Notes: generated by a model not told the origin, from the sequence alone. Positions 37,148 to 50,912 are shown, counted from the first letter of the stretch. The stretch: DNA of 64,000 nt from Octopus bimaculoides (GCF_001194135.2 NC_068991.1:78340545-78404544), one strand, 5' to 3'. Numbers and translations are program-made.

Positions 37148-38736
37148 GTAAGTCTTATCCTTTTATTTCACGCTTACCGATTACCAAACAAACATTATTA
37201 AAGGCTGCTCTTTTTTATGCAAACTTAATTTTCTCTTCTTTCAATGTAAATAAACATTAAACAAAAAAAAAAAAGAAATTCTTCTTTTCATAATTTAAGA
37301 ACAAAATAAACGATTATTTTTAAACCAAGTTTCTCGACGACATTTAATTAACATGGTTGTTAATTAATGTAGAAGATCAAAGTTTGTAATGTGATACTGT
37401 TCAGTCCGATTACAACTTAGAATTAATACAATTAGAATCTCCGATGTTGGCCGAATGTCTGAGATTCTTTGAGTGGTTTAGGATTATCTGGGATGATATG
37501 AAACGAAAGTTTCTGGCTTTTTGAAGAGGACAAATGAGGTGAGAAGATCTGATATTGTCCTCTCACACCTCGTTATTGAAACTAGTTTGCCGAGTCATCG
37601 CGGTTGGCTGCGATGATTGATTTCTTTGGATTTGTTACAGGACAATCAACATCCCTCTTCACATAAACCGCGAACCCTTATTCTATAACAGGTACAACCC
37701 CTCCCAGACTTGGGAATTAATCTGGTTAATGGACAGATGTGTTATAAACTTTAACAACATATTCCTATAAAGTAATGTAGATGTAAATGGAATTACAACA
37801 GAAGACAATGGTTTTTAAAGGATAAAAAGCCCAGCCAAACAAATGTGCCACACCTGGCAGTCCTCGAGCTGACGAAGAGACGATACTACTTTGTCGTTCA
37901 ATCAGTTAGAAACAGCAGCTACGTCGCCTTCAACTCGCACGCTATCATTTTAAAAAGCGGAAGGACACGTTGGATAATGTAATCTTTGGTACACTATGCA
38001 TAAGAAAAAAAACGAAAAAAACAACATAAGAACAGGTTGTCCACGTCTGGATTGCTTTTTGATCAGAGATCTGCTCGATCAGGACTAATCAGAGACTGTC
38101 TTATCGACTTGGACGGACAATAAGGAAGTTTAAGAAAAAAGCAGAGAAGGCATCTGTATTGCTCTTCTAGACGGATGTAATAAAGCATAAAGTTAACTCG
38201 GGTGGGATTTGAACCAGCAACTTTAATGTAGCAAACTAGAAATAAAGACGCCTAAAAAGTATGCAGTGTCCTATTGTCTTGGCCATCTTCCCCGCCGCCC
38301 TCGCATCGTTTATTCTCTTGTCTGAATAAAACCCATGACTTTATTGTTTCACCCATTCCGGTCATGACGTATTGTTTATGGTTCTAGGTTTGTTCCAGTC
38401 ATGTGATTAGACGACACAGCCTGAACTTAACTAATTCTTTTATGCACACACGCACACGTATGTAGGTATGCATGTTTGTATGTATGGTTGTTTTTTTTTT
38501 GTTCCTTCCATTTTGCGTTTCTTTTATATTAAAGTGTCAACGTATTTTAGGGTATTTGTTCTATTCATTTACTGGTTTTCGTTACTGCACGACCACTTCG
38601 GCCATACTGGGGCGTATTCTTTACCTCCGCCCATATTGATCCCAATTCTTAGTCGCATTCTCATTTTATTCATCGAATGGCCTAGTTTACTCATATTTCA
38701 CTCTAGCGGTGTAAATATCACTATATAATTACACCG

Positions 38737-38773
<37 letters not shown>

Positions 38774-38968
38774 ATGGGCTTCCGCCCAGTTTCTGTCTGT
38801 CAAATTTTATTTCTAAAACATTGTTCGGCTTGAGGTTATGGTGGAAGATACTTGCCCCTTGGTGCCTTGCTGTGGGGATGGAACATAAATCCACATGGGA
38901 GTGAATTGAGTTTCTTAAGCACAGATATGATACTCTGCGGTAAATAAAGGACCCTACACAAAATACCT

Positions 38969-39172
38969 TACTCTTTTACTTGTTTCAGTCCTTTGACTGC
39001 GGCCATGCTGGAGCACCGCCTTTTAGTCGAGCAAATCGGCTCCAGGACTTATTCTTTGGAAGCTTGGTACTTATTCTATCGATATCTTTTGCCGAACCGC
39101 TACATGACGGGGACGTAAACACACCAGCATCGGTTGTCAAGCGATGTTGGGGGGACAAACACAGACGCACAA

Positions 39173-39203
<31 letters not shown>

Positions 39204-39333
39204 TATATACGACGGGCTTCTTTCAATTTCCGTCTACCAAATCCACTCACAAGGCTTTGGTCGGCCCGAGGCTATAGTAGAAGACACTTGTGGTTGGTAA
39301 GCAAGCTACTTACACACAGCCACTTCTACGCCT
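38969..39333 (-). mobile_element. SINE family A with a small internal deletion
   Basis: Reverse complement of 36346-36766. Confidence 0.8.
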
Positions 39334-40159
39334 ATTTGTTAAGACTCTTTATGTTCAGATTCCACCAAGATCAACGCTGCCTTTCATCCATACACAGTCA
39401 ATAATATATGGTACCAGTCAAATACTAGGGTTGACATAATTGCTTCCCTAAATTTCTGGCCTTGTGCAGGCATGGCTGTGTGGTAAGAAGTTTGCTTGTC
39501 AACCACATGGCTCTGAGATCGGTCCCATTGTGTGGCAAGTGTCTCCTACTACAGCCCTGGGCTGACTAAAGCTTTGTGACTGGATTTTATAGATAGAAAC
39601 TGAAAGAAGCTTGTTGTGTGTGTGTATTATCTCTTTGCCTTGACTTCACATGATAGTTGTAAACAAGTGTCACCATCATGCAGGCAGTGTTCTTCATTTC
39701 CAATCATCCATGAAAACATGTCTGGTCTCAGGGAAATATACCTTGGATAAAGGTGAGTGTTGATGACAGGAAGGGCATCCAACCAGAGAAAAGTCAACCT
39801 TAGCAAATTCTGTCTGACCCTCTGAACATAGAAAAGTGGATGCTTAAGCTATGTTGATGATGATGATGTGCCCAGCGACATAATTAAATCTGGTGAATTA
39901 ATTTTACATTTTATCCCCCTGGGGTCTCTAGAATAGGTACTAGTTAACTAGGGCAGTGGATATACCCAACTATACATCCTTCTACCCCAAGTATTTTGCT
40001 TTGTCCCATTGTTAGAGACCATTCTTAGTACTATTTTTCCATTCCTGTTTTTCTTCAACATTTAATTCTGTGCAAAATCTACACAATTTCTAATGTATGT
40101 CCCTCTTATCCATTGCCCTTGTGGCAAATAGAAGAAATTATTACTACCATGGTAAACTG

Positions 40160-40784
40160 GTTTAAACTGGATGTGTAGTGTCAGTGTGCTCACATGACAG
40201 AGTGTAAACGCCTTGAGAGAAATGTTGGACATAAGAAGCATCAGATGTGGCGTGCAAAAGAGACATTTGCATTGCTATGATCATGTACTATGGATGGATG
40301 AGGAGAACTGTGTGAAGAAATGCCACTCCCAAACAGTTGAAGGAATCCGGGGAAGAGGTAGACCCAGGAAGACATGGGATGAAGTGGTGAAGCATGACTT
40401 TCGAACGTTGGGCCTCACAGAGGCAATGACAAAAGACCAAGACCTCTGGAAATATGCTGTGACTGAGAAGACCCGGCAAATAAAGTGAGTTCACCAGTGT
40501 TGCATAATCAGGACTGGCACCCATGCTGGTGGTATGTAAAAAGCACCATCTGAATGTGGTCGATGCCAGTGCCGCCTCACTGGCCTCCATGCTGGTGGTA
40601 TATAAAAAGCATTGACTACACTCTCGGAGTGGTTGGTGTTGGGAAGAGCATCCAGCTGTAGAAACCTTGCCAGAACAGATTGGAGCCTGGTGCAGCCATC
40701 TGGCTTGCTAGTCCTCAGTCAAGCCGTCCAACCCATGCCAGCATGGAAAGTGGACGTTAAATGATGATGATGATGATGATGATG
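40160..40784 (+). mobile_element. 5'-truncated RTE-clade LINE (RT C-terminus, 3' UTR, (GAT)n tail)
   Basis: ...HVLWMDEENCVKKCHSQTVEGIRGRGRPRKTWDEVVKHDFRTLGL...LWKYAV carries the RTE C-terminal RxRGRPRKTW signature, followed by the recurrent 3' UTR. Confidence 0.85.
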
Positions 40785-41120
40785 TATTACCTAAAAGCTC
40801 CAAAACATATGTTGTAATATGAAGAATGTCTTTTAATGTTGTCTTCGGTTCACATTTCACTAAGAATGATGCAAGTAAAAAACAACAAAAAAAAGCCTCT
40901 GCATAAATTACCCTTAACCCTTCTTTTAACTCATACTTGTAGATCCTGCTTGATGTGAAGCCCTTGAATCTATCACCTGACACCCTAACTAATAATAATG
41001 ATAGAAAAAAGATCTGTTTTCATTTAACCGTTTCCTAATGTCCAACCTCTGATGCTGACTCAGCCATTTATATATTCCATGTTTTTTTAACTAGACATTT
41101 GTTTTGATTTTCATTTGCAG

Positions 41121-41179
41121 AGGAGAAGAAAAATGCCAAGAGACAAGTTGAAAAGAAATTGGAGGAAGCCTCCCTTTTG
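41121..41179 (+). CDS. VTI1B: VTI1B exon 2
   Basis: (E)EKKNAKRQVEKKLEEASLL; AG/GT sites, phase 1 to 0. Confidence 0.9.
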
Positions 41180-41512
41180 GTACGATTAAAGACTTCTTAG
41201 TTTTGTTATTTCTCATGGTTTACAGCTTGCAGACGTTATGGCCCAGTTCCTTCCTCATAGACGCTGCTTTTCTTCCTCTCACAGAGCCCATATCTGCTCC
41301 TTTGTTCCTTGTTGTTCTTGTCCTATCCTTTTGCATGTCTACTATTCTACCACCATCACTCCTCATGTACTTAGCTGTCTCTTACTCGGACACTCTCTGA
41401 ACTCTCTCACCATACATATCATCCCTGTGTTTTTAAAACCCTTCTGTTCCATGTTGATTTTTTGACTTTGAAATACCAGAAAAATTTATTTATTTATTTA
41501 TTTTGATTTTAG

Positions 41513-41623
41513 ATGCAAGAAATGGAACAAGAAAGCAAATCAGCACCACAAACTTACCGAATACAGATGATGAATCAGTTGAGAAATTACCGAAGAGAAA
41601 TTGAAAGTCTTAGTAGAAATTTT
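41513..41623 (+). CDS. VTI1B: VTI1B exon 3
   Basis: MQEMEQESKSAPQTYRIQMMNQLRNYRREIESLSRNF (Habc; cf. VTI1B AP..FR..MM..LRNYR). Confidence 0.92.
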
Positions 41624-42962
41624 GTACGTCTTAAATTTTGTTGATTAGATAAACATTCCTCTATGAGTTTCGTTTTAGTTTAGCATTTTTCTGCCGATAT
41701 TATCCTTATCAAAGTCGTTGATTCCTGTCAACAATGTTTATGTCTGGAGGAGATGATGGTATTTTGTATTATTACAAAAATCATAAGATTCCAACAGATA
41801 ACATTTATGGTGTTTGTTTAAAATCACAAATGCTGACGCAAATATATCAAGTTTAGAGGAATATTTTAAATTGGTTCACAGAATCTAAGGAGCAGGCATG
41901 GTCGTATGGTTAATAAGTTTGCTTCCCAACACATGGTTTTAGATTTAGTTCCACTGTGTGGTACCAAAGCATTGCGAATGGATTTAGTAGATGGAAACCA
42001 AGAGAAGCCATTGTGTGTATGTGTGTACACACACACACACACACACTTGCACCAGGTTCCGATCTGATTTGGCAATGTTTCTATGGCTGGACACCCTGCC
42101 TAATGCCAACCACTCTGAGAGTGTAACGGATGATTTTTATGTGCCACCAGCAGGAGTGCCATTGACCTGACACTGGCATAGGCCACAACTTTAAAATATC
42201 ATTCATTTCCAATCTTCTGCGAAAACTGCCCGGCCATGGGGGAAATATTACCTTGCATGGAAACAGGTAAGGGTTGATGACAGGAAGGGCATCCGGCTGT
42301 AGAAAATGCACTTCAATAAACTCCAGCCAACCCATTCAAGCATGGAAAAGTGGACATTAATATGATGATTGCTGGCAAATATATTTCATATCTACACTCA
42401 ATGATAGCTGTCAGCACGAACCATATGAACTCAGAAAGGTAGTACTTGGCTGCTAGGTTAGCAGCATTGCATGGGTGGGAGATGAGCCTTGCTTCTAGAC
42501 TGAATGGTAGTCTGCTGGTATCCTTCTTTGAAAGTCTGTTACCTGTCCCTGAGAGCTAATTGTAATGAAACTGAGTCAAGTGTTCAACTGTCCATTTGCA
42601 CGAAAAAACATGCAAAAGGAGAAGAAAATGTGTGTGTGATTCTTTGTCAACTGTCATAGAGACCTTAAACCCTTCAGTTAATTGTCTCTTGTCTTGACAA
42701 CACAATCGTCTGCAGCTGTCTCTCAAGTGATGAGTTACATTTGAAAGCTAAATCATAAGATACATTTGAGTGTCCATTTTCATTTCCTACTCTGCTAACC
42801 AAACAATCTCTTGTGACTGCAAGAAATGGGAACCTCTGATCTTTGTACCTTCATCAAAGCTTTTCATATTTTTAAAATTCATTGTTTATTTTCACTTTTT
42901 TTTTCTTAATAACAATTTACTTAATTAATTAGTTTATAAATTTGGATTTTTCTTTGTTTCAG

Positions 42963-43016
42963 AAAATGATTTCAGAAAATAATACTTTTGATTCTGGAAC
43001 CAGTGACTGGGAAAAT
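42963..43016 (+). CDS. VTI1B: VTI1B exon 4 (linker)
   Basis: Long polypyrimidine acceptor, KMISENNTFDSGTSDWEN, GTATGT donor, phase 0-0. Confidence 0.8.
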
Positions 43017-43605
43017 GTATGTATTATTATTATTATTCTTATCATTATTATTATTAATAATCTTGCTAAGGCAGTGAGCTGTCTGAATTGTTAATATGTT
43101 GGACAAAATGCTTAGCTAATAATTTTTGCCAGCTGAGTGGACTGCAGCAATGTGAAATAAAGTGTCTTGCTCAAGGACACAACACACCACTGGGAATTGA
43201 ACTCGTGACCTTACAGTGGTGAGCCACTAAGCCATGTTCTAATATAGCATAGATTAGAATTCTTTAGATAAACTGTGAACAGATCAAGGTTGCTCACCTC
43301 TTCACTTTGATCAGCGCTTTTAAGCTGAGAATTTTGTAGAACAGTTTTGTATTGGCACCGTTCAATGTGGATCTCTTGCATTGGTGCAAAACCACAAATT
43401 TACAGAAGAGGAGCATCATTGATTGTATCAACCCCAATGTATTTGAAGGTATTTCTTATTTATAACATTTTAATCCTAAAATATGAGCTGAAGAATTGAC
43501 TCAGGTAGCACTTTGCACTTCCAAGCTAAACTGTTTAACCCGTCATTCAAACTTTTCTGCAATTTTATAGATATTTCTCTTTTTTTGTCTTTTTTTATAA
43601 TCCAG

Positions 43606-43779
43606 AAAATAGAAGGTTCAAACCGACAAAAGTTATTTTCGGGCATACAGTCTTTACAAAAGACTTCTGAAAGTATTGCTCGGTCGCAGCAAGTTGCGGC
43701 TGAGACTGACGAAATTGGTACAGGAATTATTGAAGATATGAGTCGACAAAGAGAAGTTTTGGAAAGAACCAAAAACAGA
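43606..43779 (+). CDS. VTI1B: VTI1B exon 5 (Qb-SNARE motif)
   Basis: KIEGSNRQKLFSGIQSLQKTSESIARSQQVAAETDEIGTGIIEDMSRQREVLERTKNR; GTGAGT donor. Confidence 0.93.
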
Positions 43780-43788
43780 GTGAGTTAA

Positions 43789-43889
<101 letters not shown>

Positions 43890-44828
43890 TACTGTTTTAC
43901 TGTGGCCTGCTTGGCTGGCAGACTCAGATCCTACTATGATTAGCTTTACTTTTTCTACATCTGGGGTCAATATATAAAATACAATTTGAGAATGTGGCAC
44001 CAATAGAATCATTAGATGGGATTCTTTATGATATTTCTTCCAGTTCCTTACATTACGAGTTCAAATCTTACTGTGGCTCATGTAGGCGGTAGGTTGAATT
44101 TGTTGCCATGACTACCAGGATGTTGAGTGCCTTTAGCAGTGGATTTGCTCTGATGCAGGAAAGATGGGCCAAGTATTCAGGTCTCTCTTCCACCAGTCTT
44201 AGAGACCCTAAAACAGGTTATAGCCATTGCCCTTTCCTTCTGACTAAGCAGTATTAAAAAGAAAAAGATCTTTATTCTTTTATTGTAGCTGTAAACGATT
44301 GCATTTCAGGTGGGAGACTGGTAGAATCCTTAGAATGCATTTGACAGAATGTTTAATGGTATTTCTTGCAGCTCTCTAGGTTTTGAGTTCAAATGCTACT
44401 GAGGTTGATGTTGCCTTTCATCCTTAAGGGGTCAATGGCATCAGTGATGTTGACTAACCCATCTCTGCCGAATTGTTGGCCTTGGGCCTAGAGAAGAAAC
44501 TCATCATCATCGTTGTCGTTTAACGTCTGCTTTCCATGCTGGCATGGGTTGGACGGTATGACTGAGGACTGGCAAGCCGGGAAGCTGCACCAGGCTCCAA
44601 TCTGATTTGGCAATGTTTCTACAGCTGGATGCCCTTCCTGATGGCAACCACTCCGAGAGTGTAATGGGTGCTTTTGATGTGTGACTGGCACAGGAGCCAG
44701 TCAGGTGGTACTGGCATCAACCACGCTCAAATGGTGCCAAAACGTCTTCCTGTAGACCTAAGTTATTCTTGTTGAATTTGTTTCTGTAGAATTAAAATTG
44801 GTTTCTTTGCCTTTTCCTTATCTTTCAG

Positions 44829-44890
44829 CTTGACGAAACCGATGCTAACCTTAGTAAAAGTCGGCGAATAATAAAAAATATTGTGAGACG
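44829..44890 (+). CDS. VTI1B: VTI1B exon 6
   Basis: LDETDANLSKSRRIIKNIVR+CG; NLSKSR is identical to the VTI1B motif; GTAAGT donor. Confidence 0.92.
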
Positions 44891-45284
44891 GTAAGTCATG
44901 TTTCCGTATAGAAAACATTGCCAAGTGGTTGAGAAGCTGGCTTGTTAAGCACAGGGTATTAGGTTCAGTCCTACTGCTTGGTATCTTGGGTAAGTGACCT
45001 TTGTTATAGCCTCAGACTGATAAATGCTCTATTATAAAGCTATCCCCTCCTCTCCGTTTTTGTGGTCTTGGGAGCTGCATGGCAGCCTCAGTTGAGCCAG
45101 TGGCATGGAAAAGCACCCAGCACATGCTGTAGTTTGCATTGGGCAGGGCATCCAAGCCATAAAATCCATGCCAAAGCAGACACTAGAGCACAATGCAGTC
45201 CTTGGCCCCATCACCATCATCATCATCATCATCCCATAATTGATGCAGTCACTCTAGACGCTTTCGTAGTCAGCCATTGCCACT

Positions 45285-45645
45285 AGTCTCTTGACTGCAG
45301 CCATGCTGGAGTACCACCTTTAGTTGAGCAAATCAACCCCAGAACTTATTCTTTGTAAGCCTAGTGCATATTCTATCGTTCTCTTTTGCCGAACTGCTAA
45401 GTTATGGGGATGTAAACATACCAAGCGATGGTGATGGAAGGACAAACACATACACACAAATGCATACATCCATCCATACATACATACATACATGCGACGC
45501 TTCCAATTTCTGTCTACCTAATCCATTCTCAAGGGTTTGGTCGGCTCGAGAGTATAGTAGAAGACACGTACCCAAGGCGCCACACAGTGGGACTGAACCT
45601 GGAACCATGTGGTTGGGAAGCAATCTTTTTACCACACAGCCAAAG
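45285..45645 (-). mobile_element. SINE family A
   Basis: Reverse complement of 36346-36766. Confidence 0.75.
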
Positions 45646-45660
45646 CTGCATCTATATATA

Positions 45661-46937
45661 CTGTAAAAACCCATTTAATTTAAGCACTTTTTTTTTTCGC
45701 AAAAATAAAAGTAAACTTGACGGGGTGCGTAAATTACACGAGTGGATCGTTTCTAGAATTTTTTGAAATTTCTTTCTGTTGGAAAAAGATGTACAAAACA
45801 TAAACATTTGTATCAGAAGTTGACTGATTTAATGTCAGAAAAGGTTTTTACAGAAGAAATAATGACTTAAATATAATGAAGTTGACTTTTATTTATACTG
45901 GATGGTATAGTGCTTAATTTTTCAGTATAAATTTACTAAAACCATTAAATGGTTAACTAGTTTTTGAAGTCTGACATTAATGCTGGTAAACACGGTCTAG
46001 GCCATATTTTACATTGCTTGGAGTTTCTGCCTATTGCAATGGAACACCATTGGCATACATAATGATATTGATATTCCTGAAAAAAATGTAATGCTATGGA
46101 TAATCTTGATTGTATGTTTTTATTTTTGCCTGTTTATTACCACACACAGTTTTAAGTTTGTCATACTGTTTATGCCAATTTCGAACATTGGCTTCATTAA
46201 CATTAAAATGCCTTCCGGCTGCTCTACTGCCACATTCAAATGCATATTCAACAAATTTAATTTTTTCGCAGTAAACGATTCATAAGTTCTGCCCATACTG
46301 ACAATAATGGTAATGACAAATTTTAAAGTTTGCTTGACATTATAAGTGTGAAAGGGATTAAGATTTCGATAACCCGTATCAAAGGTTCCAACAAGAATAG
46401 GCAAAAAAGAATTCTGTTTACATAATCAGTTTGATTGGTCATCTTCCTCTGTTGGTTGAGTAAAGTGTCATCTAAGCTGATGTTTATTGGTAATTGAACT
46501 TAATTTGCAACATCTGTGCATATTTATCAGCTTTGTTTTTGTTGGTAATTCTCATCAATAACTTTTCCTGTGCTCATGATTTGAGAAGACATACAGCAGT
46601 ATGCTAAAGATCGGACATAATCTCTTGTGGGCAAGAAATGTAAAATAAAGTTTATAATAAACAACACAAACACTTTGTAATTTAATAGCTTTCAACATGA
46701 TACCTGTTAAACAGAAATTATTTTTATTTAATGAAAATTTAATAAAATTTAATCATAAGTAAGTGAAATTATGCTAAATACAACTAAATTGGAAACCTTT
46801 TTCCCTGGCTATATTAGCAATTCTGAAAACTTTCAGGTGTGAATTTTACATAAGTAGAAGCCTTTTTTTAACAGTTTTTATTCGGAAAATCACCTGCGTA
46901 AATTACACAGGTGCGCAAATTACATGGGTTTTTATGG
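45661..46937 (-). mobile_element. Internally deleted pogo-like DNA transposon, 1277 bp
   Basis: TA flanks; TIRs CTGTAAAAACCCATTTAATTT vs CCATAAAAACCCATGTAATTT (18/21); subterminal TGCGTAAATTACAC repeats; frameshifted N-terminal HTH MGRTYESFTAKK/IKFVEYAFECGSRAAGRHFNVNEANVRNWHKQYDKLK (46296 to about 46070). Confidence 0.8.
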
Positions 46938-47025
46938 TATATATTTATTTTTCTCTGACTAATTAAATAATTCTTATGATGATGTATTTTTGTATGTAAT
47001 TTCCTTGTTTTTTTCTATTTTCCAG

Positions 47026-47119
47026 GTTGATGACTGACAAAATGATCCTTATTGCTATAATCTTGGTTGAATTAGCAGCCTTAGGTGGAGTGGTTTACTA
47101 CAAATATTTCAGAAAGTAA
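47026..47119 (+). CDS. VTI1B: VTI1B exon 7 (C-terminal transmembrane anchor)
   Basis: (R)LMTDKMILIAIILVELAALGGVVYYKYFRK*, matching VTI1B ILLELAILGGLVYYKFF; AATAAA signals at about 47165-47190. Confidence 0.93.
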
Positions 47120-48139
47120 ATCCCCTTCCATTTGTAAATCTTTCCATTTCTGTTGTTACAATAATCAATAAGAAAATAAAAATAAATAAAAAGAGGTAAC
47201 CAACATATTTATATTATCACGTAACAACAACAACAACAACAACAACAACAGCTACAGCAACTACACATTCTAAACTAATTATTTTCGCAAACCATCTCTG
47301 TAATAATTAAAAATGATTTTTCAAACAAATATTCTCTCGTTAAAGTAAATGCGGTTAAGACTGTGGATGAGAAGGGTCAGAGGAGTTTGGTGAGATGAAA
47401 CTGTGGTTTGGTGGAAGTTATCTCCCCTTTGGTTACACTTGGCAATGCTCCTGGATTAGACCCGACAGATACAACAATGCGTTTGCTGTTTTAAGCATCG
47501 GACACCAATATTCCTTCCTATGTTGAAACTGAAGCCAAAAGTCCGAGAAATCTCCTTGACCATTTTTGAGCCAAGAACATTTTTATTTATTCATTCAATT
47601 TGTTTATCTTCAATGATTTGAATCAACATATCAACAGTCATAAAACCATAAAAAAGATACAAATCAGGTGAGAGAGAGTGCCTCTACATGGTCTCTTGAC
47701 CTGTTAGAAATAACAACCAAATCTCCCTCAAATTACACCCTGGTGTCTTAAAGAAAGGATGAATGAATATGTTAACTAATATAGTCAGTCCTAGACATAT
47801 TCCCCCCCTCCATGAAAAAAAAAAAAGAAATGCCTTTGATTGTTAGTCTACTTGTTGAAAGTGGACCTAGAGTTAAAACAACAATATCAACATTTACAGA
47901 CAGAAATATCAACAAATTCTTTCTATTGTTTTTTTTTTGTATAAAGTGATATTCTTCTTTTCTGTTAATTCCCTTTTTTGGAATGAAGATGGGCCATTGT
48001 CCTTTGTTCTTTGAACTGAATCCTGTATTGGTTGGTGTCTTAAAACTGGCTCCAGATTATGTTATCAACAAGAACTCAGTCTCTCTGTCTGTTTGTCTAT
48101 CTATTATCTATCAATTTATCATGTATCTCTCTCTGCATC

Positions 48140-48149
48140 TGTCTATCTG

Positions 48150-48205
<56 letters not shown>

Positions 48206-48206
48206 C

Positions 48207-48241
<35 letters not shown>

Positions 48242-48335
48242 CCTATCTATCTATCTATCTACCTATCTACCTATCTATCTATCTATCTAGCTAGCTAGCT
48301 ATCTGTCTGTCTGTCTGTCTATATAACTATCTGTC
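48140..48335. repeat. (TATC)n / GATA-type microsatellite
   Basis: Seen directly; source of the YLSI ORFs. Confidence 0.95.
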
Positions 48336-48431
48336 TATCATCTGTCTACCTATGTCTGTCACAATGAGATTCTTAACTGGAGATGTAATATAAACTTTTA
48401 AATCTTTGAAATATTATAAAAAGTAAATAAA

Positions 48432-48476
<45 letters not shown>

Positions 48477-49996
48477 CGTGTCTTTTTTTCCCCCTCAAAT
48501 ATTTGCATAATCAACTTTCTCCAATTGTCTATTATTGTCGCATCACCAACCTGGAAGCATTATGTAAAAGAGTTGTGCCAAGGTGCATACTTGTCTACAG
48601 TTGAGCAAATCACCAGGTCACCAGCTAAACCGTTTTCTATTTTGAGTTGGTAGATTTAATCTTATTACCAACTTTAATGCCGCCAAACACATCTCAGATA
48701 CATTTAGTATTTTGGTTTGATCCTAACTTCTTATTTTCCTTTCTTCAGTGTCGGCCCTTAAAAATGCCCCAGGGTATTGTTTTGCTTCTTGATTATGTCA
48801 TTAAAACAAAAAAGAATAAAAGAAATCTGTGATTCATAATGAAAAATACAACAAATTCAGAAATAATTTGGATGAGAAGGAAATGATTTATTTACAAATC
48901 CCAATACTTTATTCAATCTTTTACCAGGGCCCAGAGTATTTGTTAGGGTATTGCAGAGCAAACCAAGAGGCTGGTGGTTCATATCTTGGCATCGGATGCA
49001 AACTGCAGCAGCTTCTCTGAAAAAAAAAAAAAAAGACGAATGAGTATTTTGTTATCTTTTGGATGTCCTCTCTTTCAATCGTGTAAAAGATAAGCAAGCA
49101 ACCAGAAACCAATCCATTGTATTTCTTCCTTGGATTACTACAAAATGCAACAACAAAGTTACAAGATAAAACCCACTTGTTTCTGTTGAAATAGGCTGCC
49201 TTTCTTTCAATTAATTATGAAAATTATGAAGAATTTTGTCAAATAATTTTGTCATTTTTAATCTAGTTGTGAGGTGGCAGAATCTTTACCAGACAAAATG
49301 CTTAGCAGCCTGCTTCTAGTTTTACATTCTGAGTTCAAATTCTGCCAAGGCCATTCGGGGTCAATAAAATAAGGATCTGTTGAGCACTGGTATTGATGTA
49401 AGGGATTAATTCCCTCCTCCTGAATTCCAGGCCTTGTGTCATGAGCAGAGAGCACTGGGGTAGATGTAATCAACTAGCCGCCCATCCCCCCCTACTCTAC
49501 CCCAAAACTGCTGGCCTTGTGCCAAAATATGAAATCAATATTTCCTATGGCTGTGGTGGAGACAACCAATAGATTAAGATTACCGAATGAAATATGTTGT
49601 AGTCTTTAGTTTGTCCCTCTCAGTCCCAAGTTCAAATCCTACCTGGAACAACATTGTCTTTCATGTTTCCTTGGTTTGATAAATCCAGTCCTAGTGACCT
49701 AATGGCAGTCAATTATAGTAACTGTTCCATTTCATCAACATCATTGAATATCTGTGTTCCATGCTGGCATGGATTGGACGGTTCGACAGGATTCAATGGA
49801 TCACCAATAGTGTTTTACATCTGCTTTTCCATGCTGGCATGGGTTAGACAGTTTTATTTTCTAAGGTAGTGTTTTATGAGTGAATGCCTTTTCCTTTCGC
49901 CAACCTTTCAGTTGTTACTTGTAACGTGCCATACACAAAGTGTATCTGTTCCCAAACCAGTGTATACAGGATAGAATAATTCAAAATGAATGTTGA

Positions 49997-50030
<34 letters not shown>

Positions 50031-50787
50031 AGAAGTAATTAAGATTCAGTTGAATAAGTTACTTAAGCTGAAGCACCAAGTCAGTCCGGTATTCTCTGCA
50101 CAGCTCAAAGTAAGGTGAAAATCATTACATTAATTTAAATACAGCGCTATCTTCAGCTGTACAAATATGGATTTTCAACAGGCAAGATATATTAATATAA
50201 TTTTTCTTAGATATTTTAACAGAGCAAGAGGATGGAAGAAATTCATGTTGTCACTAATGTAGCAAGAATAGCTAAGATAATAACAGACTACAGTTTTTAG
50301 AGTGGTATGGAATACAGTGGGGGTCGGTCATAGGGTTGTAATTCATTTCCAATTTATCTATATCATCAACAAAAATCTAAGACTAGAAGACTGCGTATAT
50401 TTAGAACAAAGAACTTTGATGAGAGAATTTGGTAAACAGAAATTGAAAGATGCCTGTTGTGTATATATATGTGTGTGTTTGTCCCACACCACTACTTGAC
50501 AACCAGTGTTGGTTTATTGATGTCCCTGCAAGTTACCAGTTTGGCAAAAGAGAATGATGGAATGAGTTCTAAAATGAAGTATTGGAGTTAACCTTTCAAG
50601 ATAGTGCCCCAGCATGGCCACAGTCCAATGACTGAGACAAGTAAAAGATGAAAGATAAATAAATAAAATGGAAAATCAATGCTTCATAGTTTTTCTTTTT
50701 TTAATTGAAGTGAAATCTAAGTTTGTCAAACCTGAGATATGTAAAATTTCAGTTAGGGGCTGCCATAGAATTTTCAGTTCAGGGCTG

Positions 50788-50912
50788 TTACAAAATCAGT
50801 TGATCATCGACTACTATTTGTGAAAGGAAGTCTTTGTAATTAATATTTTCTGAATCTGGTTCTGCTGCTGCAGAAAACATCTCTGCCAATTCATCAGTTT
50901 CAAAAGCTTCAC
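50788..50912 (-). CDS. EFCAB2: EFCAB2/DRC8 exon 6 (last coding exon)
   Basis: (G)EAFETDELAEMFSAAAEPDSENINYKDFLSQIVVDDQLIL*; cf. EFCAB2 GEPFSQEEMEEMLSAAIDPESNSINYKDY. Confidence 0.9.

Noticed and set aside
47345-47620. GC-richer block after the VTI1B poly(A) signals that looked exon-like
   Set aside because: All frames on both strands stop within about 50 codons, with no recognisable motif or flanking splice sites
47983-48298. YLSI-repeat ORFs (likewise YIYI, CVCV and HTHT ORFs elsewhere)
   Set aside because: Translations of microsatellites
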